Made by a program: the position numbers and the translations under genes. This document shows, piece after piece, positions 9,902 to 19,813 of a DNA stretch of 64,000 nucleotides (the stretch's first letter is position 1; every line of letters begins with the position of its first letter). Below the pieces are notes generated by a model, which was not told where the DNA came from, did no database searches, and worked only from the letters and a program-made list of their open reading frames with translations. Source of the DNA: Gemmatimonadota bacterium (GTDB lineage: Bacteria > Latescibacterota > UBA2968); assembly GCA_026705765.1 (NCBI GenBank), contig JAPPAB010000168.1, forward strand, positions 56 to 64,055, given 5' to 3'.

Positions 9902-11427
9902 GCTTTGTTGTGTTCCCCTTGATAGAAGGTTTTTACCAGGCCGTTGAGATAGCCTTTGGGCTGGCGCACGGCTTCTGCGGTAATGACGTAAGATTGGTGA
10001 CCCAACAGCTTTAGTCCGTGTCCGTAATCATCGAACAAATCAGGACAGACTTCGTCAACTGTTCGATTTTCTTTTGCAGCCTTTTCGGCAAGTGCGCGCA
10101 GTGCTTCATCGTCAAAGGTGAGCGCGATACCATAGGCGTCCTGGAATCGCTTGACAAACGCGCCCGTGCCCCGCAAGACCAGCAACTGCTGAAGCGCGTG
10201 TTCGGGGTCTTCAATCACATTTTTCGTGACGTGAAACGAATCGATTTCTGTCGAGGGCAATGATTTTTCAAATTTTAGTAACGCGCGTTCACATACGCTG
10301 ACCAGGCTTCGCGCGCCGGTTTGTTCCAATGCGGCCTGTTCGGCCAATAACCTGAGGGCGTCGTCGTCAAAAGTTAGATCAATGCCGTAGGCTTTGAAGT
10401 CGCGTTTTTTGCCCAGAATTACCGAACTGGTCTGGCTTTGCAAAATCGCGTAGAGATCATCAACGCTCAAGGGCGTTAAGACTGCTGTTACGGGCAATCG
10501 GCCCACAAACTCAGATTCAAAACCGTATTCGATCATGTCTTCTGTTTTGGCGTGTTGCAAAAGTTCTGTGTGGTCCTGTTCGCGAGATATGTCGCGCCCG
10601 GATTGGAACCCGACTTTGCCCAGATTGAGACGCTTCCGCACGATGTCGTCAAGGCCGCTAAATGCGCCGCTTACGATAAACAGGATGTTGCGCGTGTTAA
10701 TTTTTTGACGCTCTACTTTGCCGCTGCGCTGAAATTGCATCATGGATTCCATCTGCGATGTGAGGTCGTGTGGTGCTTTGAGATCGACATCGGTTTCTTC
10801 CATGAGCTTGAGCAAGTTGCGCTGAACTCCCGTGCGCGATACGTCTGGACCGACCAGATTTGAAGCGGATGCGATTTTGTCTATTTCGTCGATGTACACG
10901 ATGCCGTATTGCGCCATTTCAATGCTGCCATTGGCTTCGCGCACGAGTTCTCGAATCAGGTCTTCGACATCGCCGCCCACATATCCCGTTTCGCTGAATT
11001 TTGTCGCATCGCCTTTGACAAATGGAACGCCAATGCGTTGTGCAATCAACTTAATCAAGTACGTTTTGCCCACGCCCGTAGGCCCAATCAGGAGGATATT
11101 GTTTTTGATGTGTCCCACATTTTTGCGCGAAAATTCCGGGTCTTCGCGGTCGAGTTTCATGCGATTGTAGTGCGTACATATCTTGGTAGATAATACTTCT
11201 TTTGCTTCGGATTGCTGCACCACATATTCGTTTAGATAAGCCTCTAATTCTTCGGGCTTGAGGTCAAAATCTATGGTTTGTTCTGCGGGTTCTTCCACGC
11301 GGGGACCTTCCTGTATCCCGTCGGCTTCTCCCTGCGGAAAGACTACCTGATTTCCGTATTTTTCTTCGAGGAAGTTTTTGAGATCTTTTTGCAATTCTGC
11401 AGGAGAAAAAGGTCTTTTTTCAGACAT
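9898..11427 (-). CDS. ClpX-like AAA+ unfoldase lacking the N-terminal zinc-binding domain, with partially duplicated C-terminal lid
   Basis: Walker A 'LLIGPTGVGKT', pore-1 loop 'GYVG', Walker B 'VYIDEIDKI', ClpP-docking-like 'VGF' loop and sensor-2 'GARSL' are all present. There are no Cys4 residues at the N-terminus. A second 'LTFDDEALRALAEKAAKE' lid-like segment follows the first 'LTFDDDALRLLAEQAALEQTGARSL'. Confidence 0.8.
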   Translation of the reverse strand: MSEKRPFSPAELQKDLKNFLEEKYGNQVVFPQGEADGIQEGPRVEEPAEQTIDFDLKPEELEAYLNEYVVQQSEAKEVLSTKICTHYNRMKLDREDPEFSRKNVGHIKNNILLIGPTGVGKTYLIKLIAQRIGVPFVKGDATKFSETGYVGGDVEDLIRELVREANGSIEMAQYGIVYIDEIDKIASASNLVGPDVSRTGVQRNLLKLMEETDVDLKAPHDLTSQMESMMQFQRSGKVERQKINTRNILFIVSGAFSGLDDIVRKRLNLGKVGFQSGRDISREQDHTELLQHAKTEDMIEYGFESEFVGRLPVTAVLTPLSVDDLYAILQSQTSSVILGKKRDFKAYGIDLTFDDDALRLLAEQAALEQTGARSLVSVCERALLKFEKSLPSTEIDSFHVTKNVIEDPEHALQQLLVLRGTGAFVKRFQDAYGIALTFDDEALRALAEKAAKENRTVDEVCPDLFDDYGHGLKLLGHQSYVITAEAVRQPKGYLNGLVKTFYQGEHNKA

Positions 11428-11557
11428 AAAAAAAGCTCCAGAGTCAAGGGGCTGGGGACTGGGGATAAACTCTTAGTCCATCCAGAGTAGTAATACTGAA
11501 AGTTCTTAAACAATACCAATACTGCTTCTGACTGTCAAGTTATCATGAGACACAGTT

Positions 11558-13273
11558 ATGAATCTCAGTCCACTAACACTTCGCAGATTATGCGATGAAT
11601 TGCGGCCTCAGATTGACCACCGTCTGATCCGCGATGTGTTCCTCGTTGGTCGGCACGATCTCTTTTTGTCTCTGGGCGATGCCGGGCATCTCTTGCTTTC
11701 CGCACATCCAGGTCGAAGTTGTCTGATGCTGACTCAACCGCCTGTCGATGCCGAGCGCGTACGCATTCCCTGGGCAGATCGCTATTTGCGCGGTGCGGGT
11801 ATTATTGGCGTTGAGCATGTTTCCCACGAACGCATTGTGCATATCGTAGTTCGCAAGCGCGACCGCATTGGCACGGTTACCGATTCCCGCATTATATGCG
11901 AATTGATCAACAGGTATGCCAATGTCGTTCTCGTCGATATGAGAACGAACCGAATCCTGGGGACGCTCAGGACCTTTCGCGCGCGCCAGAACCGCGTGCG
12001 GGAAATAGCTCCGGGAAGATTCTATCAGCCGCCGCCAGCACTCGACCGCATGCTGCCGGAAAACGCGAAGTTTTCCTTTTTGGTCGATATTCCCGAAGAT
12101 GCGCGCGCCGATGCGCTTGTACAACATATTGCGGGGCTTGACCTTTTATCTGCGCGCGAATTGCTTCATATTGCTGGTTTTGGCAAAAAACGCTCACTTT
12201 CCTCCAGCGATCTTGCAAACTTTGCAGAGATTATCCGCACCTTTTTTGCGAATCCGCCATTTTGTGACGGGGGCCTGCGCGTACTCGAAGGGGATAATCG
12301 CAACGCGGTTTGTGCGCTTGATATTCGGCATACGCAGATAGAACAAGCGTATCGCACGCTCGGCGAAGCCATATCGGATGTTGTGGCAGGCGAAGTCCAG
12401 TCTGAAGCTCTTAAAGGGCGGTGGAAAAATATCGAGAAGGATCTAAAAAACCGCCTGACTATTTGCGAGCGAAAAATTGGGCGTATCCGCGCAGATATCG
12501 ACGATGCGGATCATGCAGATCTATATGAAAAGATGGGGAATGTGCTGATGTGCCACATCGCGCAGATTCCTCCAAATGTCGATACCATAACGCTTCCCGA
12601 TGTGTTTGATCCGTCTCGTGAGGATATGGTTATCTCCCTCAATCCGCGGCGTACGGCCTCGGAAAATGCCAGCGCGTATCTCAAGCGGGCGCAGAAAGCG
12701 CGAAAGGGCGCACCTATTCTCGCCAAACGCCTTGAGGTTGCACAGAGGGAGAGGGATGAAATCCTGAATTATACAGATCGTCTCAACACTATCCGTTCGG
12801 AATCCGAGTTCGACGAGATACGGCGGGAACTGGAAGATGCGCGTCTGATCAAAGCGCCCAAAAAGAGGCCTCAAGTCAGGTCTAAACGCCAGAGTGGCGA
12901 TATTCACCCCAGACGGTATCGCACACAGGATGGTTGGCGCGTGCTGGTGGGGCGAAATAATGCGGAAAACGACAGGCTTACCAAAAGTTCAGGCCGAGAC
13001 GATCTCTTTTTGCATGTTCACGGATGCCCGGGGTCCCATGTGATTCTCAAACGCGATGGCAGAGCGGATCACCCCTCTCGAAAAACGCTTGAAGAGGCGG
13101 CCTGTCTGGCGGCTTATTGGAGCAAAGCGCGGGGTGCTAAAAGTGTACCGGTCAATTATACGGAGGTTCGCTATGTGCGAAAGCCGCGCGGGGCACCGCC
13201 GGGGCTGGTCACGATTCGGAATGAAAAAACTCTGATGGTCTCGCCTCGCGAACTCAAGCGCGAGGACGAATAG
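11558..13273 (+). CDS. rqcH: RqcH/FbpA-family protein (NFACT-N + coiled-coil + NFACT-R/DUF814). Ribosome quality control factor
   Basis: C-terminal DUF814/NFACT-R block '…DLFLHVHGCPGSHVILK…' and NFACT-N N-terminus. 571 aa. Confidence 0.8.
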   Translation: MNLSPLTLRRLCDELRPQIDHRLIRDVFLVGRHDLFLSLGDAGHLLLSAHPGRSCLMLTQPPVDAERVRIPWADRYLRGAGIIGVEHVSHERIVHIVVRKRDRIGTVTDSRIICELINRYANVVLVDMRTNRILGTLRTFRARQNRVREIAPGRFYQPPPALDRMLPENAKFSFLVDIPEDARADALVQHIAGLDLLSARELLHIAGFGKKRSLSSSDLANFAEIIRTFFANPPFCDGGLRVLEGDNRNAVCALDIRHTQIEQAYRTLGEAISDVVAGEVQSEALKGRWKNIEKDLKNRLTICERKIGRIRADIDDADHADLYEKMGNVLMCHIAQIPPNVDTITLPDVFDPSREDMVISLNPRRTASENASAYLKRAQKARKGAPILAKRLEVAQRERDEILNYTDRLNTIRSESEFDEIRRELEDARLIKAPKKRPQVRSKRQSGDIHPRRYRTQDGWRVLVGRNNAENDRLTKSSGRDDLFLHVHGCPGSHVILKRDGRADHPSRKTLEEAACLAAYWSKARGAKSVPVNYTEVRYVRKPRGAPPGLVTIRNEKTLMVSPRELKREDE

Positions 13274-13380
13274 ACGAATAGACGAATGGCAGTACATACT
13301 GGTTTTGGGCGGATGGGTGGGGTTCGTTGATTCGTTGATTCGCTGTTTTGCAGTTTCACATTTTTTCAAGGGAGATATTG

Positions 13381-14111
13381 TGGCGCGAAAGAGGGTGTTG
13401 ATTACAGGTGCAGCAGGGCGTATTGGCGTGGTTCTCACAGATGGCTTGTACGAGCGATATCAACTGAGGGTGCTTTACAATCGCACAGTTTTAGATCAGA
13501 AGTACGACGAGGAAGTGATGGTGGGAAATATCACGGATCTGGAGAAGATGGAAGAGGCTGTGGATGGCATGGATGCGGTGGTTCACATGGCGGGCAATCC
13601 ATCGGGTGGGGCGACGTTTGAAGAAACTGTGGAGGCGAATATTATTGGTACCTACAATATTTACGAGGCGTGCAAGCGCAGGGGGGTGAAGCGGGTCATT
13701 TTTGCCAGTACCAATCACGTTACCGGTATGTACGAGAAGAAGGGCCCGGTTTATACGACCTGGGAAATGCCCGTGCGTCCCGATAGTTATTACGGTGCGA
13801 GCAAAGCGTATGGCGAAGCGTTGGGACGGTATTATGTCGATGCGTATGGTCTGTCTGTGATTTGCCATCGCATTGGGTCTTTTCAGCCCGTGTCTTCTGT
13901 TCAGAATCGAGGCAGTGACCGCATTTTGTCGTCCTGGCTGAGTTATAAAGATACGGTGCAACTGACCTGGCGGAGCATTGAGGCACCGGAGAAGATTGAT
14001 TTTGCGATTTATTACGGTATTTCGGGTAATACGCGAGCGTATTGGGATATTCAAAATGCGCGCGAAGAGATCGGGTACGATCCCGTGGATAATGCCGAAG
14101 ATTATGTTTAG
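13381..14111 (+). CDS. NAD-dependent epimerase/dehydratase (extended SDR)
   Basis: 'VLITGAAGRIG' Rossmann motif and YxxxK ('YGASKAYGE'). GTG start at 13381 after an AGGGAG-like RBS. The longer TTG/ATG-extended ORF from 13305 was judged a leader. Confidence 0.75.
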
Positions 14112-14123
14112 TGGGAAATGGGA

Positions 14124-14160
14124 GAAACCGCCGATTGCTCAAGATCGGCGGTTTTTTTGT
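14124..14160. terminator. Bidirectional intrinsic terminator (convergent epimerase / folD)
   Basis: gagAAACCGCCGATtgctcaagATCGGCGGTTTtttt. An 11-bp stem plus T-run. Confidence 0.6.
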
Positions 14161-14176
14161 GTCTGAATGCGACGGT

Positions 14177-15058
14177 TTATGCGAGGCCGTACATGCGTTT
14201 TGCCGATGTTATGGTGTTGTACAGGAGCATGGTGATGGTCATGGGACCAACGCCGCCCGGGACGGGTGTGATGGCGCGCGCTTTTTTGCTGATGGCCGTG
14301 TAATCGACGTCGCCAATGAGGCGATAACCCGCTTTTTTGGATTTGTCGGGTACGCGGTTGACACCGATGTCGATGACGACTGCGCCATCCTGTATCATGT
14401 CGGCGGTGACGGTGTTGGGATGTCCTGTCACCACAATGAGGATATCTGCCTGACGGGTGAAGTGCCCGAGGTCGCGCGTGCCGGTATGGCATAAGGTGAC
14501 GGTGGCATTTGTGGTTTTTTGCGAGAGGATGTTGGCGAGCGGACGGCCCACCAGGGTGCTGCGCCCTACGATGACGACATGTTTGCCCGCAACTTCGAAG
14601 TTGCCGCGTTTGAGGATTTGTTGTACGCCGTGGGGCGTGCAGGGCAAAAAGCCTTCTTCGCCGCGCATGAGGCGGCCGAGGTTGACCGGGTGGAGACCAT
14701 CTACATCTTTGTCGGGTGAGATGCTGTTGAGGGTGGTTTGTTCGTCAAAGCCTTCGGGCAGGGGGAGTTGAACGAGGATGCCGTGAATGGAATCGTCGTC
14801 GTTGAGTTGTTCTATGGTGTCGAGGAGGTCGGATTCGGGTTGGTCGGCTGTCAGGGTGTGTTCAATAGAATATATGCCGATGTCTGCACAGGCTTTGCGT
14901 TTGCCTTTGATGTAGGATATGGATGCCGGATCGTCGCCGACGAGTACGACCGCGAGGCCGGGGGTGCGGTTGTGATTTGTTTTGAGGTGCCTGACTTCTT
15001 CGACCATTTCAGCGCGCATGGTTTTGGACAGGTCTGTGCCGTTTATGATTTTTGCCAT
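14177..15058 (-). CDS. folD: Bifunctional methylenetetrahydrofolate dehydrogenase / methenyltetrahydrofolate cyclohydrolase
   Basis: Characteristic 'PGLAVVLVGDDPASISYIKGKRKAC' and 'HGILVQLPLP' blocks. Confidence 0.9.
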   Translation of the reverse strand: MAKIINGTDLSKTMRAEMVEEVRHLKTNHNRTPGLAVVLVGDDPASISYIKGKRKACADIGIYSIEHTLTADQPESDLLDTIEQLNDDDSIHGILVQLPLPEGFDEQTTLNSISPDKDVDGLHPVNLGRLMRGEEGFLPCTPHGVQQILKRGNFEVAGKHVVIVGRSTLVGRPLANILSQKTTNATVTLCHTGTRDLGHFTRQADILIVVTGHPNTVTADMIQDGAVVIDIGVNRVPDKSKKAGYRLIGDVDYTAISKKARAITPVPGGVGPMTITMLLYNTITSAKRMYGLA

Positions 15059-15256
15059 GATCGCTTTCTCCTATGTGAATGCCCAAAACAAAAATACGCC
15101 CGGGCGATGTGATTGTTTTCAGCCCAGGCGGTCGGCAGGTGATATGGTCCAGTGCTTCCTCGTGGTTATTTCCACTTTTCCGCCAGTTACACTGGAGATT
15201 TCTATAAATTTAAGGGATTTGGGCGGATAATTCAAATTTTTTTTGGGTTATATTTT

Positions 15257-16666
15257 TCAAAGGGAGATCGGGTGCTCGAAATCTCTTTCCATTGTTTCGG
15301 GGAGTTGATAGACGTTGCCTTTTTTGTCGCAGAAGTAGAGGCAGGATTTGGATGCACGTCGCGCATTGCCGTCGGCCCAAAGGGCGTAGAAGTCGGGGTG
15401 AGCATTGACGGGGCTTCGGGCGTAGGTGTGGTTGCGGGTGCTGTTTTGCGTGAGTTTTTTGACGCGCATCCACGTTTGTTCACTGCGTTCCCACATCGCC
15501 ATTTCTCCGCCGGGATTGTAGGGTTGTGGTCCGGTTTCTGTGGGGGCGATGACGCGCCAGGTGCCGTCGGTTTCGAGGTAGAGGGACCCCATGTCGTAGT
15601 TGCTGTCGGATGTGGTGATGGGGTGGGCGTGCCAGTCGCTTCCCGTCCATTGCAATAGGGTCCAGGTGCGCGGATCATTTTCCGGTCCCGATTCATAACC
15701 TTTGCTGGTGATGACGAGGATGACGGGTTTGCCCTGTGGATCGAGGCGAATGTCTTTGAGATAGACTTTTAGTCCTTCTGCTTCGTAGTCGCGCACGAGG
15801 GCGTTGTTGTGTGGGGTTGTAAGCGGTATTTCAACGGGTTCACCGGCCGCGTTTTGCCAGGTTTGTCCAAAGTCGGGGGTTTCGAGATAGTAGAGGTTGG
15901 TGCGCCAGTTGACGCCGAGGGGATCGGGATGGTAGTTGAAGGCCGTGACGGCTTTTTGGCTGGAGCATATACTGATTTGATAGTGTCCTTTTTCGATGGC
16001 GGATAGGCGCGTCCATTCGGACCAGTTGACGCCGTTTGGGCTGGTCATGAAGAAGAGGGTGCGGTCGGCCGGGTCTTTGTAGCGGGTGACAAAGTTGATG
16101 AAGCCGCGACGGGGTAAGTGCCAGGCTTGCATGTAGGAGAAGTTGTCCATGGGCCGTTCTTCGCCATTGAGGCGATAGGTCGCGTCAATTTGTTCAAATT
16201 CGTCGATGGCGTAGGGTTTTGCACTTCGGTGGATATACGAGGGGCGCGATAAGCCGTGTGCGGTTGAGAAGATCCAGATATAGCCTTTGTCGTCTATGGA
16301 TATGACGGGGTTGTCGTGGGCGTCGGCTGTGTTTTTGTCGAGGAGGATGGTCGGTCGGGGTACCTGTCGGGTTTTGTGGTCGAAGTAGGAGATCATGTGC
16401 AGGAGAAAGCCGCTGCGATTGCGGGAGAACGAGTGATCGCCATTGAGGTCTTCTTCGGTGTGTTTGAGGTGTGCGTCAAGGGGGGTGCCGCCATAACAGA
16501 AGAAGGTTTTTTCGACTTCGGGACGGTACACGGCAAAGGGGCGATGTTTGGCACAGTACGTGCCCAATCCGCCGCTGTATTTGTACACGTATTCATCGCC
16601 GGATGGCTGATTGTAATACCATATTCCGCGGTAGCCCGTGTCTTTTTGGTTTAAGGTGAGGGTCAT
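15257..16666 (-). CDS. Hypothetical protein. Possible BNR/sialidase-like beta-propeller (BNR_4-like), a putative glycan-active enzyme
   Basis: 469-aa ORF with AAGGAG RBS, rich in W/Y/D/G repeats ('…SxDxGxTW…'-like 'SPNGVNWSEW', 'DFGQTWQN'). No signal peptide. The family call is by resemblance only. Confidence 0.45.
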   Translation of the reverse strand: MTLTLNQKDTGYRGIWYYNQPSGDEYVYKYSGGLGTYCAKHRPFAVYRPEVEKTFFCYGGTPLDAHLKHTEEDLNGDHSFSRNRSGFLLHMISYFDHKTRQVPRPTILLDKNTADAHDNPVISIDDKGYIWIFSTAHGLSRPSYIHRSAKPYAIDEFEQIDATYRLNGEERPMDNFSYMQAWHLPRRGFINFVTRYKDPADRTLFFMTSPNGVNWSEWTRLSAIEKGHYQISICSSQKAVTAFNYHPDPLGVNWRTNLYYLETPDFGQTWQNAAGEPVEIPLTTPHNNALVRDYEAEGLKVYLKDIRLDPQGKPVILVITSKGYESGPENDPRTWTLLQWTGSDWHAHPITTSDSNYDMGSLYLETDGTWRVIAPTETGPQPYNPGGEMAMWERSEQTWMRVKKLTQNSTRNHTYARSPVNAHPDFYALWADGNARRASKSCLYFCDKKGNVYQLPETMERDFEHPISL

Positions 16667-16811
16667 GTTTTCTCCTTTGGAAAATATTCGCAGAGGGTAA
16701 AAAAAGGGAAAAGGAAATTCTCGTCAAGTTTCTTGACAAAGTTTGGTTTCATGACTTCATTCAGGATATGAAATGTAGCGTGCAAAACCCGGTTCCTTAG
16801 AAAGGATTATT

Positions 16812-17564
16812 ATGTCGAATCCCACGATTGATGTGTTGATGTCGCACAGGAGTATTCGGAGGTTTGAAGATCGGCCGTTGCCCGATGGGGTGTTGGAGAC
16901 GCTGATTCGGTGCGGGCAGCAGGCGAGTACGTCGAGTAATTTGCAGGCTTATACGGTGATTCATGTGGCTGATCCCGAGCGCAAGAAGAAGTTGGCCGAG
17001 TTGTGTGCCGATCAGGTGCAGATTCATCAGAGTGCGGCATTTTTGGCTTTTTGTGCGGATTTGCATCGGGATCGGATGGCGAATCAGATGCACGGGGTTG
17101 AGCGATTTGATGGGGATTATGTCGAGGCGTTGATGATTGCGACGGTGGATGTCGCGCTGATGATGCAGAATGTGGCTATTGCTGCGGAGTCTATGGGGTT
17201 GGGCATTTGTATGATTGGGGCGATGCGGAATAATCCAAAGGCTGTGGGTAAATTGCTCGGTTTGCCACCTTATGTTGTTGCGGTGTCGGGATTTTGTATT
17301 GGGTATCCCGCACAGGAGCCAGAGGTGAAACCGCGGTTGCCCGTCGATGCGGTGTTGCACAGAGAGCGTTATCTGGACGATGAGACGCATTGCGCGATTA
17401 TGAAGGATTACGATGAGAAGATGGTGGCGTTTTATGCGTCACAGGGGATGCACGAAGGAGATCAGCGCTGGACGACGGTGGTGGGCGGGCGCACCGGGCA
17501 ATTTCATGCGCGTGAGGAACTGGACGAGTTTCTGACAGCGCAGGGGTTTAAGTTGCGAAGATAA
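16812..17564 (+). CDS. Oxygen-insensitive NAD(P)H nitroreductase (NfsA-like)
   Basis: 'SHRSIRRFEDRPLPD' FMN-binding N-terminus typical of the NfsA/Frp subgroup. 250 aa. Confidence 0.85.
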   Translation: MSNPTIDVLMSHRSIRRFEDRPLPDGVLETLIRCGQQASTSSNLQAYTVIHVADPERKKKLAELCADQVQIHQSAAFLAFCADLHRDRMANQMHGVERFDGDYVEALMIATVDVALMMQNVAIAAESMGLGICMIGAMRNNPKAVGKLLGLPPYVVAVSGFCIGYPAQEPEVKPRLPVDAVLHRERYLDDETHCAIMKDYDEKMVAFYASQGMHEGDQRWTTVVGGRTGQFHAREELDEFLTAQGFKLRR

Positions 17565-17667
17565 GGAACTCACATAAAGGCACAAAGGGATATTTGGGAC
17601 TTTGTAGTTTTGTGTGAGAATATTCTTTATATTTTAGTGTCTTTGTGTCTTTGTGTGAGAATATACC

Positions 17668-19035
17668 ATGAGCAACGTCATTGAAGAAATTGATCGGCTG
17701 AAAAGAGAGTTGGACGAATTGCGTCCATTGCCTTCCGATGTTCTCGCCCGGGTAGAACAAAAACTACGGATTGAGTCGAATTATCACTCCAATGCCGTAG
17801 AAGGCAATAGTCTGACGCTCGGAGAAACGAGAAGTTTGATCCTCCATGGGCTTACTGCTCATGGGAAGCCCATGCGCGATCATCTGGATATTGAAGGGCA
17901 TGATGAGGCGGTAAAGGCTATGGAGGATGCAGTAAGAAGAAACGAGTCTCTCAATGAGGTTTTTATACGCAATCTCCATAAAGTATTGTTGAAGGAGCCG
18001 TACGAAAACGACGCGATAACGCCAGATGAACAGCCTGTGAAACGACGCATTGCTATTGGAGAATATAAGACACAGCCCAATAATGTGCGAACTTCTACGG
18101 GAGAGATTTATTATTTTACGCCGCCAGATCAGGTGAAATCGGCGATGGGCGATCTTATAGATTGGTATAGGAAACAAGAGGACGAGGGCGAGCATCCGGT
18201 TGTCATAGCTGCTACGTTTCACTACCGGTTTATCCGTATCCATCCTTTTGATGATGGTAATGGCCGTATGGCGCGGCTTTTGATGAATATGATTTTGATC
18301 AAGCACGGGTACACGGTGGCCGTGGTTCCCGTTGAAGAGAGAGGTCAATACATCGGGATGCTGGAGCAAGCGGATAAGACCGAAGATTTGGCGGAGTTTA
18401 TCATCTATATTGCGGCCTGTTGCGAATATACCCTGAATCTCCATCTAAAAGCCGCTCGTGGAGGGGATATTGAAGATGTGGAGGATATAAATAAAGAGAT
18501 CGCGCTATTTAAACGTTCTTTGGAAAAAAGCACGAGGGAGACAATTGAAGCGAGAGAATACGAAAAGGATACGGGCGACACAATTGAAGCGAGAGAATAC
18601 GCAGAAAAGGTGCTGTATCCATTATGCTTTTATTGCAAAGAGAAGGTCGAACAGTTTTCCGACCTGTTCGAGGATGTTCTTGTACATTCTGATGACTCTT
18701 TTGTAAGCGAGGTTGGCAACCAAACTACTATTTTTTCGTTATTAAAATTCGAAGATAATAGTGACACTTGGCCGGAAAACGCGCTTCTTATTTCTTCTTA
18801 CATCGAATTTCATTTACAGGATTTTCAGGAGAAGCAAGGTGACTCTTTTTACTTGCAAATTGAAAATGGAGCAGACTCAAATAGTTGTGTATGGGAGTTT
18901 TATTCACGGGAGCTTGATTATAAAAAAGAATATACAGGGCAAGATTTAGAGGTGCTCAAGAAGATGTTTAACGATATGATACGGTTCATGATGAACAAGC
19001 TATCGGAGCAATCTGATGATCAAGAAGCCGGATGA
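17668..19035 (+). CDS. Class II Fic (AMPylase-type) protein fused to ~210-aa uncharacterised C-terminal domain
   Basis: Fic motif 'HPFDDGNGRMARL'. N-terminal inhibitory-helix motif S-x-x-x-E-G ('SNAVEGN'). C-terminal half with no recognisable domain and an internal 39-bp tandem duplication encoding TIEAREY twice. Confidence 0.85.
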   Translation: MSNVIEEIDRLKRELDELRPLPSDVLARVEQKLRIESNYHSNAVEGNSLTLGETRSLILHGLTAHGKPMRDHLDIEGHDEAVKAMEDAVRRNESLNEVFIRNLHKVLLKEPYENDAITPDEQPVKRRIAIGEYKTQPNNVRTSTGEIYYFTPPDQVKSAMGDLIDWYRKQEDEGEHPVVIAATFHYRFIRIHPFDDGNGRMARLLMNMILIKHGYTVAVVPVEERGQYIGMLEQADKTEDLAEFIIYIAACCEYTLNLHLKAARGGDIEDVEDINKEIALFKRSLEKSTRETIEAREYEKDTGDTIEAREYAEKVLYPLCFYCKEKVEQFSDLFEDVLVHSDDSFVSEVGNQTTIFSLLKFEDNSDTWPENALLISSYIEFHLQDFQEKQGDSFYLQIENGADSNSCVWEFYSRELDYKKEYTGQDLEVLKKMFNDMIRFMMNKLSEQSDDQEAG

Positions 19036-19124
19036 TAACGAGACTAAAAGAGCATGTAGCGCATAGTAGCGTGTTATGATAATTAACTGAATAATAGATA
19101 TGCTCTTGAGGAGGATATACTGAA

Positions 19125-19466
19125 GTGGAACATACTGTAATGTTTCAAGTTCTTCAGGAATGGGAAGGATATATCATAGAGATAGGAGAGGATGATTTCA
19201 CTGCGCGGCTTTTAGACCTGACCGCCGGTTCTTTGCATGAAGAGGAAGAAGCAGTCATTCCTCTCTCTGAAATTTCAGAAGAAGATCCCAAGCACCTGCG
19301 CCTCGGCAGTATCTTTAGGTGGATCATCGGTTACGAGCATTCCACGAGTGGAGCTAAGCAGCGTGTCTCCCATATCGTCTTCCGCGAACTTCCTATTGTG
19401 ACTAAACAGGATATAGCCGAAGCCGAGGAATGGGCCAAGAAGACCGCTCAGGTATGGTCGGACTAA
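19125..19466 (+). CDS. Hypothetical acidic small protein (113 aa)
   Basis: GTG start 9 nt after a GAGGAGGA RBS. No recognisable domain. Lies inside the low-GC islet with Fic. Confidence 0.4.
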   Translation: MEHTVMFQVLQEWEGYIIEIGEDDFTARLLDLTAGSLHEEEEAVIPLSEISEEDPKHLRLGSIFRWIIGYEHSTSGAKQRVSHIVFRELPIVTKQDIAEAEEWAKKTAQVWSD

Positions 19467-19591
19467 CTGCTATTGAAATTTCACCTGAACATAATTAGGA
19501 GCACTCGTTGAAGAAGGGGTATAGCTCTGATGCCGCGAACGCGAAATAGCAGTTTGGAACAGCAACTCTTTCTGGTGCAAAGGAAATAATT

Positions 19592-19813
19592 ATGAATGTG
19601 ACAGATATACTCGAAAAAGCTCAATTTGTCGTGGACGCTGGTGGCGAAAAAAAATCAGTGCTACTTGACTACACGGCTTGGGAGGCTTTACTGACCTTAC
19701 TGGAAGACCTGGAAGACATAGAGGAGATTCGCCACCTTCGCGACGCAGATGAAGAAGTAATTTCATGGGAACAGGCCAAGGCAGAACTGCGCGAAGAAGG
19801 TATAGATGTATAG
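19592..19813 (+). CDS. Type II antitoxin (RelB/Phd-YefM-like partner of RelE)
   Basis: 73-aa acidic protein. 8-nt overlap with the downstream RelE-family gene. '…ISWEQAKAEL…' C-terminal toxin-binding tail. Confidence 0.7.
   Translation: MNVTDILEKAQFVVDAGGEKKSVLLDYTAWEALLTLLEDLEDIEEIRHLRDADEEVISWEQAKAELREEGIDV

Noticed and set aside
13305-13380. Longer N-terminal form of the epimerase ORF (MGGWVGFVDSLIRCF…)
   Set aside because: The extension is encoded by the tandem-octamer repeat region and has no Rossmann context. A GTG with an upstream purine-rich RBS at 13381 starts directly at the conserved VLITGAAGRIG motif.
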